A DNA stretch of 64,000 nucleotides from an uncultured Planctomycetota bacterium (lineage in GTDB: Bacteria > Planctomycetota > Planctomycetia > Isosphaerales > Isosphaeraceae): positions 1,728,001 to 1,792,000 of the forward strand of contig CAWGMQ010000006.1 of the NCBI GenBank assembly GCA_963823665.1, written 5' to 3'. This document shows, one piece after another, positions 1-12,800 of the stretch. The notes under the pieces were generated by a model, which had not been told where the DNA came from, made no database searches, and saw nothing but the letters and a program-made list of their open reading frames with translations. The position numbers and the translations under genes are program-made. The stretch's first letter is position 1, and each line of letters opens with the position of its first letter.

Positions 1-1484
1 GCAGCGGCGGCAAAACGTTCAACATCACCGGTTGGACCGGCAAGGGCACGTTGAGCGGTGCGTCCGAGACCCTGGTCGACAATGTCTCGGCCAAGACGAC
101 GCTCACGAACACGTCCCTCGCCGTGACCGGCAATCCCACACTGACCCTGGCCGGCTTCACCGCGGCCAACCTCACCGACCCGACCGGCGGCAACACGTTC
201 GTCGTCAGCGGCTGGACGGGAGGCGGCTCGCTCGTGGACATCCGGTCCAACGCCGACACGGTCACCGCGAGCAAGAGCGCCGGTTTCACGCTGACAAACG
301 GTTCGCTGTCATCGACCGACGGAATGAACCTCACGCTCGGCGGCATCACGACCGCGAACCTCACCGACTCAGGCAGCGGCGGCAACACGTTCACGGTCAG
401 TGGCTGGTCCGGGACAGGAACGCTCAAAGGCACGGGCGAGACGCTTGTGGATTCGGCGACAGCCAGCGTGTCGCTGGCGAACTCGTCCTTGGCGGTAACC
501 GGCGGGGCGACGCTGACGTTGAACGGATTTACAACCGCCAACTTGACCGACTCAGCCGGCGGCAACACCTTCACGGTGAGCGGCTGGACCGGGGGCGGCT
601 CGCTCTCTGATACCGGCGCGGGCGGGGACACGGTGGCTGCGAGCAAGTCCGCCGGCTATACGCTCGCGAACAGCTCGCTGGCGTCCACGGACGGAATGTC
701 GCTGGGCTTGAGCCGAATCACGACGGCCAATCTCACGGCCACGAGCGCGGGGAAGACATTCGACGTGAGCGGCTGGACCGGAAGCGGGTCGCTCACCGAC
801 ACCGCGGCGACCGGCGACACGGTGACCGCTACGAAGAGTGCCTCGATGACGCTGACGGGGACATCGTTCAGTTCGACTGACGGCATGACGCTCATCCTCA
901 GCAACTTCAAGACAGCCACTCTCACGGTGACGGCGTCGAGCGGCAATCCGTCGTACGTTGTCGATGCCAGTGCGTTCACCGGAGTCACGAACTTGACGGC
1001 GACTGGCACGGTCGACGCCATCCTGCTGGGCGGGTCGACCAATGGCAGCACGCTGAGCGCAACCGGCTCGGGCGACGACGTGTTGATCGGCGGGCCGGGC
1101 AAGAACACGCTGAGCGACACGGGGACCGGCTACAACATCCTGATCGGAGGGGCCGGAGTCGACACGCTCACCGGCAATGGCAACGACATCCTGATCAGCG
1201 GCACGACCAGCTACGACAGCAACATACCCGCAAACATCGCGGCGCTGGATGCCATTCTGGCCGAATGGTCCTCGAGCGATTCGTATTCAACGAGGATCAA
1301 CAAGATCATGACCGGAATCACCGTGGGCTCGAGCACGGTCGCCCTGAACGCCACGACGTGCCAGTCCGACGCCGTGGCAAACACATTAAGCGACGGAACC
1401 GCCCCGACCCAGAATAACTGGTTCATCGTCAACACGAAGGACAAGGTGACCAAGCAGGCGGGCGAGACGGCGACGGTCGTGTGA
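1..1484 (+). CDS. C-terminal part of a large repetitive Thr/Gly/Ser-rich surface protein with RTX-like Ca-binding tail (5' end outside the window)
   Basis: Open frame from the window start. Repeats TANLTD..GGNTFTVSGWTG, GxDxLIGGxGxDTL motifs and ALDAILAEWSS; highly similar to the C-terminus of 6874..14835. Confidence 0.85.
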   Translation, partial: SGGKTFNITGWTGKGTLSGASETLVDNVSAKTTLTNTSLAVTGNPTLTLAGFTAANLTDPTGGNTFVVSGWTGGGSLVDIRSNADTVTASKSAGFTLTNGSLSSTDGMNLTLGGITTANLTDSGSGGNTFTVSGWSGTGTLKGTGETLVDSATASVSLANSSLAVTGGATLTLNGFTTANLTDSAGGNTFTVSGWTGGGSLSDTGAGGDTVAASKSAGYTLANSSLASTDGMSLGLSRITTANLTATSAGKTFDVSGWTGSGSLTDTAATGDTVTATKSASMTLTGTSFSSTDGMTLILSNFKTATLTVTASSGNPSYVVDASAFTGVTNLTATGTVDAILLGGSTNGSTLSATGSGDDVLIGGPGKNTLSDTGTGYNILIGGAGVDTLTGNGNDILISGTTSYDSNIPANIAALDAILAEWSSSDSYSTRINKIMTGITVGSSTVALNATTCQSDAVANTLSDGTAPTQNNWFIVNTKDKVTKQAGETATVV

Positions 1485-1561
1485 TCGTCGCTCATGATGG
1501 CGAATGCGTGAACAGCGCGTATCGGCTCGTGAGTCCTGGAGGCCAACATGCGACACCGCGG

Positions 1562-4500
1562 CTACCAATCGAGGCCCATCTCGTCCAGGCTGCGACGGAG
1601 CTGTGCGAGATCCCAGACGATCGTCGGAAGCCTGAAGGCCGTGGCTGCCAGCAGCCCACCGTCGGCGCTGAAGCGCAGGCAGCGAATCTGGCCCGTGCCG
1701 CTGCGCAGCCGCACGATCCGCTCGAACGTCGAGCCGTCCCACAAGATGATCGTTCCTCGTTCAGAGCCCGACGCCAGCCAGCGGCCGTCGGGGTGGAACG
1801 TCACGGCATACACGGGCGCGTTGTGGCCCGAAAGCGATAGATGAGGCGCCGCGGGAAGTGTGCCCAGACGGTTGACCTCCCAGAGCGCGACCGAGCCGTC
1901 CTGGCAGGCCGCCGCCAGCCATTTCCCATCGCCGCGCACGGCCAGTTGGCGCACAGCCACGCCGAAGGCATGCACCAATCCCAGCGGCGCACTCTGCTCG
2001 TAGTCCCAGAGACGCACCTTTCCATCGAACGAGCAAGACGCCAGCCAGTTCCGGCCCGGCACGAACGCCAATCCCGATACGAGTCCATCCGGCGCTTCGA
2101 GATGATGGAGCTCTCGCCCGGAATCGGCATCCCATAACTTGATCTCACTGCCGCGCTTGTTTTCAGATCCCGTGGCCAGGAGCTTCGAGTCGGCGCTCCA
2201 GGCGGCGCTCCACACCTGGCCGCCGTGGCCCGCGAGAAATCGCGCGCCGGTGATCGTCTGGGCGTCTGTCAACATGACGGTGCCGAAGTCCGAGCCCGCC
2301 GCGATCCAGCGCCCGTCCGGACTGGAGGCGACGCTCCAGTCGAGGCCGGTATTCGAAAGTGGTACGGCTTCCACAGGCGAATTCAATGACACCGGCTCGG
2401 CGCGCGAACCATTGCCACTCGATCCGCCCGCGGTGCTTCGTGCCAGGTCGATCGCGGCGATCGGGTATCGATTCACCCAGCCTGCCCACATGTGAGCCAC
2501 CAGAAAACTCGACCCATCGGGGCTGAACCGGCCGGCGCGGGTGCCGTGCGGTACGACCGCCACGATCGTGCCGGAGCGAAGGTCACACACGGCAGTCCCT
2601 TTCGCGCAATCGGTGATGGCGTATCGCCCTTTCGGGTCGATCGTCACGTAATAACATCCGAGCCCCTCGAGTGTGAAGATCACGGAATCCTTTCCCGACT
2701 CGACGTCCCAGACCCTGAGGGTCCCGTCCCCCGCGACAGAGGCGAGGCGCCGCCCGTCAGGAAGAAACGAAAGTGCCATCACGTGGGCGGAATGCCCGCG
2801 GAGAAGCTGCCGGCGCCGCCCCGATCGTGGATCCAAGACGGCAATCGCACCGTCCTCGGCTGAGAGGGCCAGGCAGTTTTTTCCCCAGGCCACGGCAACG
2901 GGCGAGGGCCCGCTCTCGAAGAGCCGCCTGGGTGAACTGGCGCCCGACGCCAGGTCCCAGATCGCCGCCCCGCGCTCGGCTCCCAGCAGGAGCTCCTTGC
3001 CATCCGGACTCCACGCAACGGACTTCACCTCGCCCAGTTCCGGCGCGAGTGTTCGAACCGCGGTTCGCTGCTTCCAGTCCCAGATCTTGACCGTGCCGTC
3101 GCGAGAACCCGGAGGCCAGCAACTTGCCGTCCGGGCAGAGGGCCAGAGCGTGGACCCAGTCGCCGTGCTGCATGTGCGCTGCCTCGCGCCGCGCCGCGAT
3201 ATCCCAGATCCGAATCACCCCGTCCGCGCGGCTGAACGCGAGCCCAGCTCCGTTATCAATCACTTCTATCGCATGTACGGCGGCTTCAACGCGCATGCGA
3301 GAAGCCGCCCGCATTCCGTTCGAAAAATCGGTCATCGTTGTACTAGACACCAGCCGCCGCGAATCACCGACGAATGCAATGCTGTGGCTTCCTTCCGCGA
3401 GTACAGCTCGCTCCGCCGGCTCCGCCAACTGCCACACTCGAACCCGTCCATCCCGGTAACCCACGGCGATGTGCTCCTCGTCCGGGCTCAGGTCCAGCGC
3501 CAGCGCGGCTCCGAACTCCCCGGAGGCGATGGCAAGGCTCGTGTAGCCCCACCCGAGCCCAAGAACGGAGCGCACCCATAGTCGGACACTCCCGTCCGCG
3601 AAAGCGGTGAATACGCGCGACTTGGTGTCGATACGCAGTTTCGTAATCGGCTCGGGAGCCAAAGCAGCATGCTCGAGCACTTTGTGTATCCGCAGGTTTG
3701 TCCATCTGATTCCATAGATTTCCGTTGTCCCAAACACGATGCTCGCGCTGAAATCGTCATTACCGGGATCCGGGCAGAACGCCAACCCTCGCGGCGTGAA
3801 CGTACCGGTCAGGGCAACGCGGCGAAGAAGACCACCCGTCGCCACATCCCAGAGACGGACCTGGGTGTCCGCCGACGCCGAGGCAAAATGCTTCCCGGAA
3901 AACGAAAACGCGAGGTCGCTCACCCGGCCGGCATGTCCGGTCAGAATTCGGCCCTTCTCTGCGGCGCGCGCCACGGGATCTGCTGCCGCCGCATCGAACG
4001 GGAGCATGCGAAGGAAGCCCTTATCGCCCCCCGCGGCGAGCCAGGCACCGTCCGGCGAGAAGAGCACCGAATGCATCGGCTCTTGATCCTTCACGGCGAA
4101 GAGCGGAGTGCTCTCAGGAGGGCCGCCACCAATTTTCCAGACCCGGACCGAGCCATCGGCCGTGGAGGCCGCCAGCCAGGCCCCGCCGGGATGAAAGGCA
4201 ACCCCGGTGACATCCTTTTCGGAGCCCTTGAGGACCAGGCGGGGAGTGTCTTCACCAATCGACCAGACGCGAATCGTTCCGTCGCGCGACCCGGAAGCCA
4301 CCGATTGCCCGTCGGGACTGAACGCCGTACCCAGGACCGCGCCCGTATGGCCGGTCCAGGTCTTTTCCAGGCGAAAGCACGGAACGTCTGCGCCGTAACT
4401 TTCAATGGCCAGCTCCCGCTGCTCCGTACGGTCCTGAGCAGGACCGGCGAATTGCGTCGCCTGGCGCAGCTTCTCAAGCGCCGTGAATCGCCACGAGGTC

Positions 4501-5838
4501 TCGCGCGTCTGGATCAACCCGCGCGCCTCGCCCGTCAGCGCCCGCACGAGCGTCGCTTCCGCGCGATCGCGCTCAGTGCGGAACCGGTCCCGCTCATGGA
4601 CGACTCGCCAGAAGCCCAGCGACGCCACGGCGGCGATCGCCAGCACCGCCACGGCGATCGTCGAGGCCAGTGCCGGTTGGCGTCGGCACCAGAGTGCCAG
4701 CCGTGCCGCCGACCCCACCCGGCGCGGCGATCGGCTTCCCCGCAAGGTAACGCTCAAGGTCTTCTTCCAGCGCCAGCGCCGAGCCGTAACGCTTCTGCGG
4801 CCGCTTGTCCAGGCACTTGAGACACACCGTCTCCAGATCGCGCGGCAGCCGCGGCCGAAGCCGCGACGGTGCAATCGGCTCCTGGGTGCGCAGCAAGAGC
4901 ATCGTGTCCAGTGGACTGTGTGACTGAAACGGCGGCCGGCCGGTGAGCAGGGCGTACAGGATTCCCCCAAGGCCGTAAACGTCAGTCGCCGGACCGATCG
5001 CGCCGGTCCGTCCGTCCGCCTGTTCGGGTGACATGTACGACGGCGTTCCCAGAATCTCCCCCGATTGCGTTGCAGCCGTCGCTTCCGTCCCAACAGTGTT
5101 CATCCGGGCTAGCCCGAAGTCGGCCACCTTCGGGATGAAGTTCATGCCGTCACGTCCAGGCCAGTGCGGGCCACCGTCAGGAAGCGGCTCGAGCATCACG
5201 TTGCCCGGCTTCAAGTCACGGTGCAGCACCCCGCGCACATGCGCGTGCGCGATCGCGCCGGCGATTGTGGCCGCGATCCGCGCGGCCAATCGCGGTGGCA
5301 CGGGTTCTTCGCGCTTCTTCAGCCATTCGGAAAGCGTCATCCCCGGGCAATAGGCCGACGCGATGAAGCTGATCGACCCTTCCTCACCCGCGTCGAAAAC
5401 CGGGACGACGTTGGGATGATCGAGCACGGCAGCGGCGCGCGCTTCGCGCTCGAACCGCTTGCGCATCTCGGCCGTGACCATCACCTCCGGCCGCGGCAGC
5501 TTGAGCGCCACCTGCCGCCGCAGCCGCGGGTCAAACGCCAGGAAGACGACCCCATAGGCGCCGCGGCCCAGCTCACGACGAATTTCAAAGCGGCCGAATT
5601 GTTTCGGAGTGTCGCCGTCGGAATGTGCCGGCGCAGCATCGTCACCCAGAAGCGTCCAGGCCGCCCGCACAAACTCGCACCAGCCGGCCTGCTGCTCCAG
5701 CTTGAAGCGCAAAGCCGGCGTCAGCGTGGCGGTGTCTTCTGCAAGATTCGTGGGCCTCCGCGCCTGAAGTGCGTCGTCGTGGGCGGTAAGCCGCGCGATG
5801 TATTCGTCCTCGACCGAGCCATCGGGAAGATCGCTCAT
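1562..5838 (-). CDS. Ser/Thr protein kinase with transmembrane segment and WD40 repeats (frameshifts near 4730 and 3110)
   Basis: Kinase motifs GRGAYGVV, VALK, HRDLKPGN, DFG and GTPSYMSPEQ in 4594..5853. TM segment and WD40 repeats (GH...AFSPDG...ASGS.DGT.RVW) in 2757..5093 and 1562..3028. ATG at 5838 overlaps the sigma TGA. Confidence 0.9.
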
Positions 5839-6493
5839 GGAGCGCTCGCCCACGCCTGGCGAAGGCTCTCCATCGCCCGCACCCAGATTTTCCGGGCCGC
5901 CTCTTCCGTGCGCCCTAGCTCCTGCCCGAGCTCTAAGAAAGTCAGGCTGTTGTCCAATCGCAAGGTAATCGCTCGGCGGTAATCATCCGGCAGCTTGGCG
6001 AGCGCGGCCATGAGCGCCTCGGCCTCTTCACGCGCCACTACCTTGGCGCTCGGCGACGAAGCCGAGGGCGCCGCCACGTCGAAGACCGGCTCTCCCTGCG
6101 AGCCGGCGTCCACCAGCTCGACTTCCCGCGTCACGTCCCGTTTGCCCGTATCGCGATACTGGCTCGTGAAGACGCCCAGATTGTGTAACAGGATCCGCCG
6201 CAGCCAGACGCGAAACTCGCCACGCGATTTTCCCCGAAACTGCACAAAGTCGCGCTGGGCTTCCAGAAAAGTCTCCTGGACCAGGTCAGACGCGCCCCCT
6301 TGGCGCGCACATCGGCTCCCAGCTTCTTTTCGGCGACCAGAAGCAGATAACCGCGGTACGCTTCCAGCGCGCACCCGAGCGCCTCCGGCGAACCGGCGCG
6401 GGCATCACGGAGCAACTCATCCCGGTCGGGATCCCGCCCGGATCCAAACAACGTCTCGCCTCCCGACTCCGAGGCTCTTGCGAACAGAGCCAC
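5835..6493 (-). CDS. ECF sigma-70 factor, Planctomycete kinase-associated type (frameshift at a G-run near 6296-6300)
   Basis: Region 2 YRGYLLLVA / ASDLVQETFLEAQRDF.QFRG / WLRRILLHN. Region 4 LAKLPDDYRRAITLR...LTFLELGQELGRTEEAARK. Confidence 0.9.
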
Positions 6494-6873
6494 TAGACTG
6501 AGTCGGAGTATAACGAGGACGTGCTGCCGGATTCAACATATTGCTTGGATGGTCACACGCGCGTGTTGCTCGAATACCACGCGCCGCCCGGACGGCGACT
6601 CGCGACGATGCGGGCAGCCTGGCGCCGCGCCAATGGGATCCGCTATCTCAGAAAGGCTGGAAACGGCAGGAAAACCGGACGGACCCGGCGAGAGTTTTTT
6701 TCTGTGTCCGGATTGCTCGAGTTTTCCAGCCTCCATGGATATGGCGTGCGCCGCTGCGGGTCTGTCCAGCAATGACGGCGGCCGCGACCGCGTCGCAGCA
6801 CAACCAGGCCGTGAAGCCCTGACTCTGTCTTGTCCTGTTCGTTCTCGATGTCGATCCTCAAGGAGCCGCACCG

Positions 6874-9800
6874 ATGTCGCGCAGCCTCTCCCGTCACCTC
6901 TCCCGTCTCGTCTCCGCCGAGCGAGCTCACCGTCGCAATCCGCGGCGTGGTGCTCTGCGATCACTGGAGGCGCTCGAGCCTCGAACGCTGCTTTCCAACC
7001 TGTGGTACGTCAATTCAGCCGACGCAGGCACGCCCGATGGAATGACACCCGCCACCGGCTTCGTCACAATCCAGGCCGCGATCGACGTGGCGAGCGCCGG
7101 TGACACAATCCTGGTTGAGACGGGCAGCGGCTACAACGAGTCCGACACGGTCGGTGTCTCGAACCTCTTGATCGAAGCCGATTCAGGGCAAACCCCGGTG
7201 CTGGACGGGACGGCTTCGAGCCCCCCGTCCTCACCCGGCTTCACGGTGACGGCCGGCGCCACAGGCGTGACGATCGAAGGACTGACGATTCAGAACTTCG
7301 CGGGCACTGCCGCGATCGTTGTTCAGAACGGCGCTTCCCTCGCAATCAGCGGCGTGACCATCCAAGGAAACACGAGCGGCGGCGGCAACGGCGGCGGCAT
7401 CGACAACGACGGTACGCTCACGGTCACCGGCGCCTTGTTTCAAGACAACTCATCGGCGAACTGGGGTGGTGGCATCTACAGCGATGGCACGCTGATCATC
7501 TCCGACAGCACGTTCATGAACAATACCGCTCGCGTCGGCGGCGCCATCGCGGCCGACTACGGCGGCATGACAACGATCACTGGCGGCACGATCTCGGGCA
7601 ACACCGCCGTGTTTGGCGGCGGGATCGTGAACGTGGCCGCGATGACCATCTCGGGCGGCATGATCGAAAACAACTCGTCCACCTACGTGGGCGGCGGCAT
7701 CGACAACTACCAGGGCACGCTGGCGATCTCGGGCGCCACTTTCGAAAGCAATTCGGCCACCTCCGGCGGCGGCGGGATCATCAATTATGGCAATGGCACG
7801 CTCTCGATCTCGGGCGGCACGTTCGAGAACAACTCCAGCCCCAATTACGTCGGCGGCGCCGTCTACAGCATCGGGGCCCTGACGGCTGACGGTGTCGCCT
7901 TCGACGCGAATCACGCCCCTTACGGCGGAGGCATCTACGCCGCTGGGCACATCGACCTGACCGATTGCGATTTCACGGACAACACCGCGGGCTCCACCGG
8001 CGGGGCAATATCCAACAACGCCACGGGCTCGATCTCCGGCTGCACATTCAACCATAACTCGGCCGGTGCGGTCGGCGGGGGAGGCATCACGGTCTGGAGC
8101 GGCGTGCTGACAATCGCGACATCGACGTTTGAGGACAACAGCACGCCGGGCTCCGGCGGCGCCATCCTCGTTCATCGAGCATCCGTCACACTCGAGGACG
8201 ACACGGTCTCGAGCAACTCTGCGGCGAGCGGCGGTGGTATTGCAAACCAGAGCGCCGGCACGGTCACGATCGCGGGCGACACGACGGTCTCGGACGATAC
8301 GGCCAGCGGCAACGGCGGGGGCATCGAGAACTACGGCACGCTCACCATCTCGAGCGGCAGTATCTCGGGCAACAACAGTCACGGCGGCGGCGGCATCGAC
8401 AACTTCAATTCGCTGACAATCACCGGCGGCACGATTGCCAATAACTTTGCCGAGGGCTACGGCGGCGGCATCGCAAATGAAGGCGGCGCCACGCTCACGA
8501 TGACCGGCGGCACAATCTCGGGCAACGGGTGCTGGTGGGGCGGCGGTGGCATCGAGAACTGGGGCACGCTCTCGGTCTCGGGCGGCACAATCGAAGATAA
8601 CGCTGTATCGGCCGGGGGAGGCGGGGGCATCAGCAATGGTGGTGTGCTCACGATCTCCGGAGGCACGATCTCGGGCAACTACGGCCACGGGGGCGGCGGC
8701 ATCGACAACGTCAACACCCTGACAATCACCGGCGGCACGGTCGCCAATAACTACGCCGTGGGCCGAGGCGGCGGGATCGACAACGAATACGGCGCCACCC
8801 TCACGATGTCCGACGGCAGCATCTCCGGCAACGGGTCCTGGTGGGGCGGCGACGGCATCCTGAACTCGGGCACGCTCGCGCTATCGGGCGGTTCGATCGA
8901 GGACAATTCCGGCGGCAACGGCGCCGGCATCGAGAATTACGGCGCCGCCACGATCTCTGGCGACGTGATGATCTCGGACAATGGCGCCACCTATGGCGGC
9001 GGTGTTGCAAACTCGGGCGGCACGATGACAATCTCAGGCGGCACAATTGATGGCAATACCGCCCAGTGGCGGGGCGGCGGCGTCTTCATCAATTCCGGCG
9101 TGGTCACGATCTCCGGTGGCGTGATCGAGAACAACACCACCGTACACTCGGGGGGCGCTGGGGTTGGGAACAACGGTGGCACGCTGACGATCTCAGACGC
9201 CACAATCTCCGACAACACCGGTGGCGGTGTCCTGAACCAGGCCACGCTGACGGTCACCGGCGGCACGATCGACGATAATTCCGGCGGCGGCATGGTGAAC
9301 TACGGCACCGCGACGATCTCGGGCGAGACGATCTCGGGCAACAATGCCACTTATGGGGGCGGCATCTGGAACTTCGGCACGCTGACAATTTCCGGCGGTA
9401 CGATCGAAAATAACACCGCGAACCAGGGGGCCGGCATCCGCAACGATAACACGCTGACAATCACCGGCGGCACGATCGCGAGCAACAGCGCCGGGAGTGC
9501 TTTCGGAGGTATCTTAAGTGACGGCGGCTCGGTGACAATCGAAGGCGGCACGATCGAAGATAACTCGACCACGGGCGACGGTGGAGGCATCGGAAACGGC
9601 GCCACGCTCACGATCTCCGGAGGCACCATATCGGGTAACACCGCCTCCCATCGGGGCGGCGGCATCGTAAACTATGCAACGCTTGTGATCACTGGCGGCG
9701 CAATCGAAAACGACTTCGCCGGGTGGGTTGGTGGCGGCATCATGAACTATTCCACCGCAACGATCACGGGCGACACGATCTCAGGCAACAGCAGCCCGTA

Positions 9801-12800
9801 CGGCGCCGGCATTTTCAACCAGAGCCAGCTCTCGATTGCCAATGCCACGATCGAAGACAATTCGGCCCATGTCGGTGGCGCTGTATTCAACACGCGCGGG
9901 TCTCTGTCGGTTGGCGACTCTACCTTCGACGCGAACAAAGCCACCGGATTTGGCGGCGCGATCTTCAACCAGTACGGGCACCTCTCCTTGACCGATTGCG
10001 GCTTTACGGACAACTCGGCCGGCACCACCGGCGGCGCCGTATCCAGCGTTCTGGGCGCGGGTTCGATCTCTGCGTGCACATTCACCGGGAATTCTGCCGG
10101 GGCGGTTGGCGGAGGAGGTATCGCGGTCTACAGCGGAGCCTTGACGATCGCCAACTCTTCTTTCGAGAACGACACGGCAACGTTCGCGGGCGGAGCCATC
10201 CTGGCTATCTCGAGCTCTGTCACGCTCCAGAACGACACGATCTCCGGCGGCACCGCGGGCGGCGGCGGCGGTGGCGGCGTCGAGAACGACTTCGGAACAG
10301 TGACGCTCACCGGCGATACGATCGAGGACAACTCCGATAGCGGCATCCACAACTACCACGGTACGGCGACGCTCTCGGACGACACGATAGAGAACAATTC
10401 CGGCGGAGGCATTCAGAACCAGGGCGGAACGATGACCGTCGCCGGCAGCACGATCGAAAACAACACGTGCTCCAATGGCATCGGCGCTGGCATCTACAAC
10501 ATCACGGGCACGGTCGTGGCCGTAGACGACACGATCTCAGGCAATACATCCACCTACGGCGGCGGCATCGTGAACCAGGGCACGATGACGATCTCCGCCA
10601 GCACGATCGATGACAACTCCGCCCCCGTTGGCGCGGGCATCGCCGGGAACGGATCTCTCACGATCACCGGCGGCACGATCTCGGGCAATACGGCCAGCTT
10701 TGGCGGCGGCATCGCCGTCTACGATGGCGCACTTTCGGTCGACGGCACGACCTTCGACGGGAATGACGGAGGAGCGGTCGTCACCACTGGGGTGGACCTG
10801 CATTTGGACAATTGCAGTTTCACGAACAACTCAAGGAGCTACGGCGGTGCGGTAGGCGCGAATTCGGGCTCAGGCTCGATCTCCCATTGTACCTTCACGG
10901 ACAACAAGGCCAGTGCAAACGGCGGGGGTATCGAGGTCGTGAGCGGTACGCTCACAATCGCCAACTCCATGTTCGAGGGCAACACCGCCGGAGGCTTTGG
11001 TGGTGGAATCCTCAATTACGTTGGTTCGGTCACGATCGTGGGCGATACGTTCTCAGCCAATTCCGCTGCCTACGGCGGCGGCTTCAACAACGACGGCGGA
11101 CCAGCCGCCGTCACCGGCTGCACGTTCAGCGGCAACTTCGCTCCCGCGGGCGCCGCGATCTTCGCGGAAGCCGGATCCCTCACCATGAGCGGCGGGTCAA
11201 TCCAGGCTCCGCCGACCCTGACCGCCAGCGAGATCGGGATCGGGGGAGGAGCCAACGTCACCATCTCCGGCGTGACTATCGACAGCGCAGCCACCGCCAC
11301 CGCCATCGATGTGAACGCCAGCTCCCTCACGGCGACCAATATCGGCATTACCGGCTACTTGGTCGGCGTCTCGGTGGAGAACAACGGCGGCGCCACGATC
11401 ACCGACAGCACGCTCACGAGCGATACGACAGGCATCCTGGTGGGCTCGGGCGCCAGCGACACCTGCACGGTGACGGCAACGAACGACAGCTTTGCCAGTG
11501 ACACCACAGGCGTGCAGAACAACCAGACTGGCGGGTCATTAAACGCCACGCTCAACTGGTGGGGCAGCGCCACCGGCCCGACGAATGCGAGCAACCCCGT
11601 CGGCACCGGCGCCGCGACCGTCGGCAACGTCAGCTTCAGCCCCTGGCTGGGCGATTCCAACATCGTCGCACCCGATTACCTCGTGTTCCTCTCAACAACC
11701 GGCGAGCAGTACGCAGTGACACCGAACAGCGACAACACCAGCTTGCAGGTCACGCTGAGCGGCAGTCCGGTGGGCTCGATCCCTGGGGGCGACACGCTTG
11801 GATTCACAGGCAGCGGTGGCACGGTCACGATCAACGGTGAAACGGGGGCGAGCAGCTCCGATGGCTTCAACATCAACGACACGTCGGTGCAGTTCGCTGG
11901 GGCTGACAGCCTCGCCGGATCCATGATCGATTTCACCGGCACCGCGATCACCCGCAATGTGGATGCGCAGGGCACAGTCAACACGTTCAATATTCAGGGG
12001 GCAGGTGTGAGCGGGCCGACCGGAAGCCTGGTCGGTGATACCGGCACGAATGCCTTTGTCTTCAGCGGCGCATCGAAGCTGATCGGCAGCATCCAGGGCC
12101 CCGGATCGAGCACGCTCGACTTCTCGGCCTACGGAAGCGGCGTGACCGTGAAGCTCGCGAGTGGCACAGCCACCGGCGTGGGCGGCACCGTAGCGGGAAT
12201 CACGGCCGTGATTGGCAGTGCCTTCAACGACACCCTGAAGGCGGGCACGGTCCCCGGAGTTGCGCTCACGGGCGGGCTTGGCATCAACACATTGAGCGGG
12301 ACCGGCGCCGGCGACAGCGTGGTGGAATCGATTTCGTCGAATTACACGTTGGCGAGCGGGAGCTTGACCGGCACGGGCTCGGCCAGCTTCACCGACAACC
12401 TGACCGGGATCAAGGTCGCCACGCTCTCCGGCGCCAGCGCGACGAGCAATACATTCACCGTCAGCGGCTGGACGGGCAGCGGCTCGCTGACCGCCCCGGC
12501 GGGAACCGGCAGCGTGACGGCGAGCAAGAGCAACAACGTTACATTGAGCGACACGTCCTTGTCGTCGGGCGACGGAATGTCTCTGACTTTGAGCGGAATC
12601 GTGACCGCCAACCTTACAATCGCAGCCACCGGGCACACCTTCAACGAGACCGGCTGGACCGGCAACGGATTGCTCAGCGGCACATCGTCTACCGTGGCGG
12701 CGTCGAATCCGTCTGGCTTCACGATCACCCCGACCTCGCTCACGGCCGGGCCCATGTCGCTCTCCTTGGCTGGCATCACAACCGCCAACCTCACGGATTC

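Noticed and set aside
1562..6493. Programmed frameshifting or phase variation in the kinase and sigma genes
   Set aside because: Similar indels affect many unrelated genes; sequencing error is the simpler explanation.
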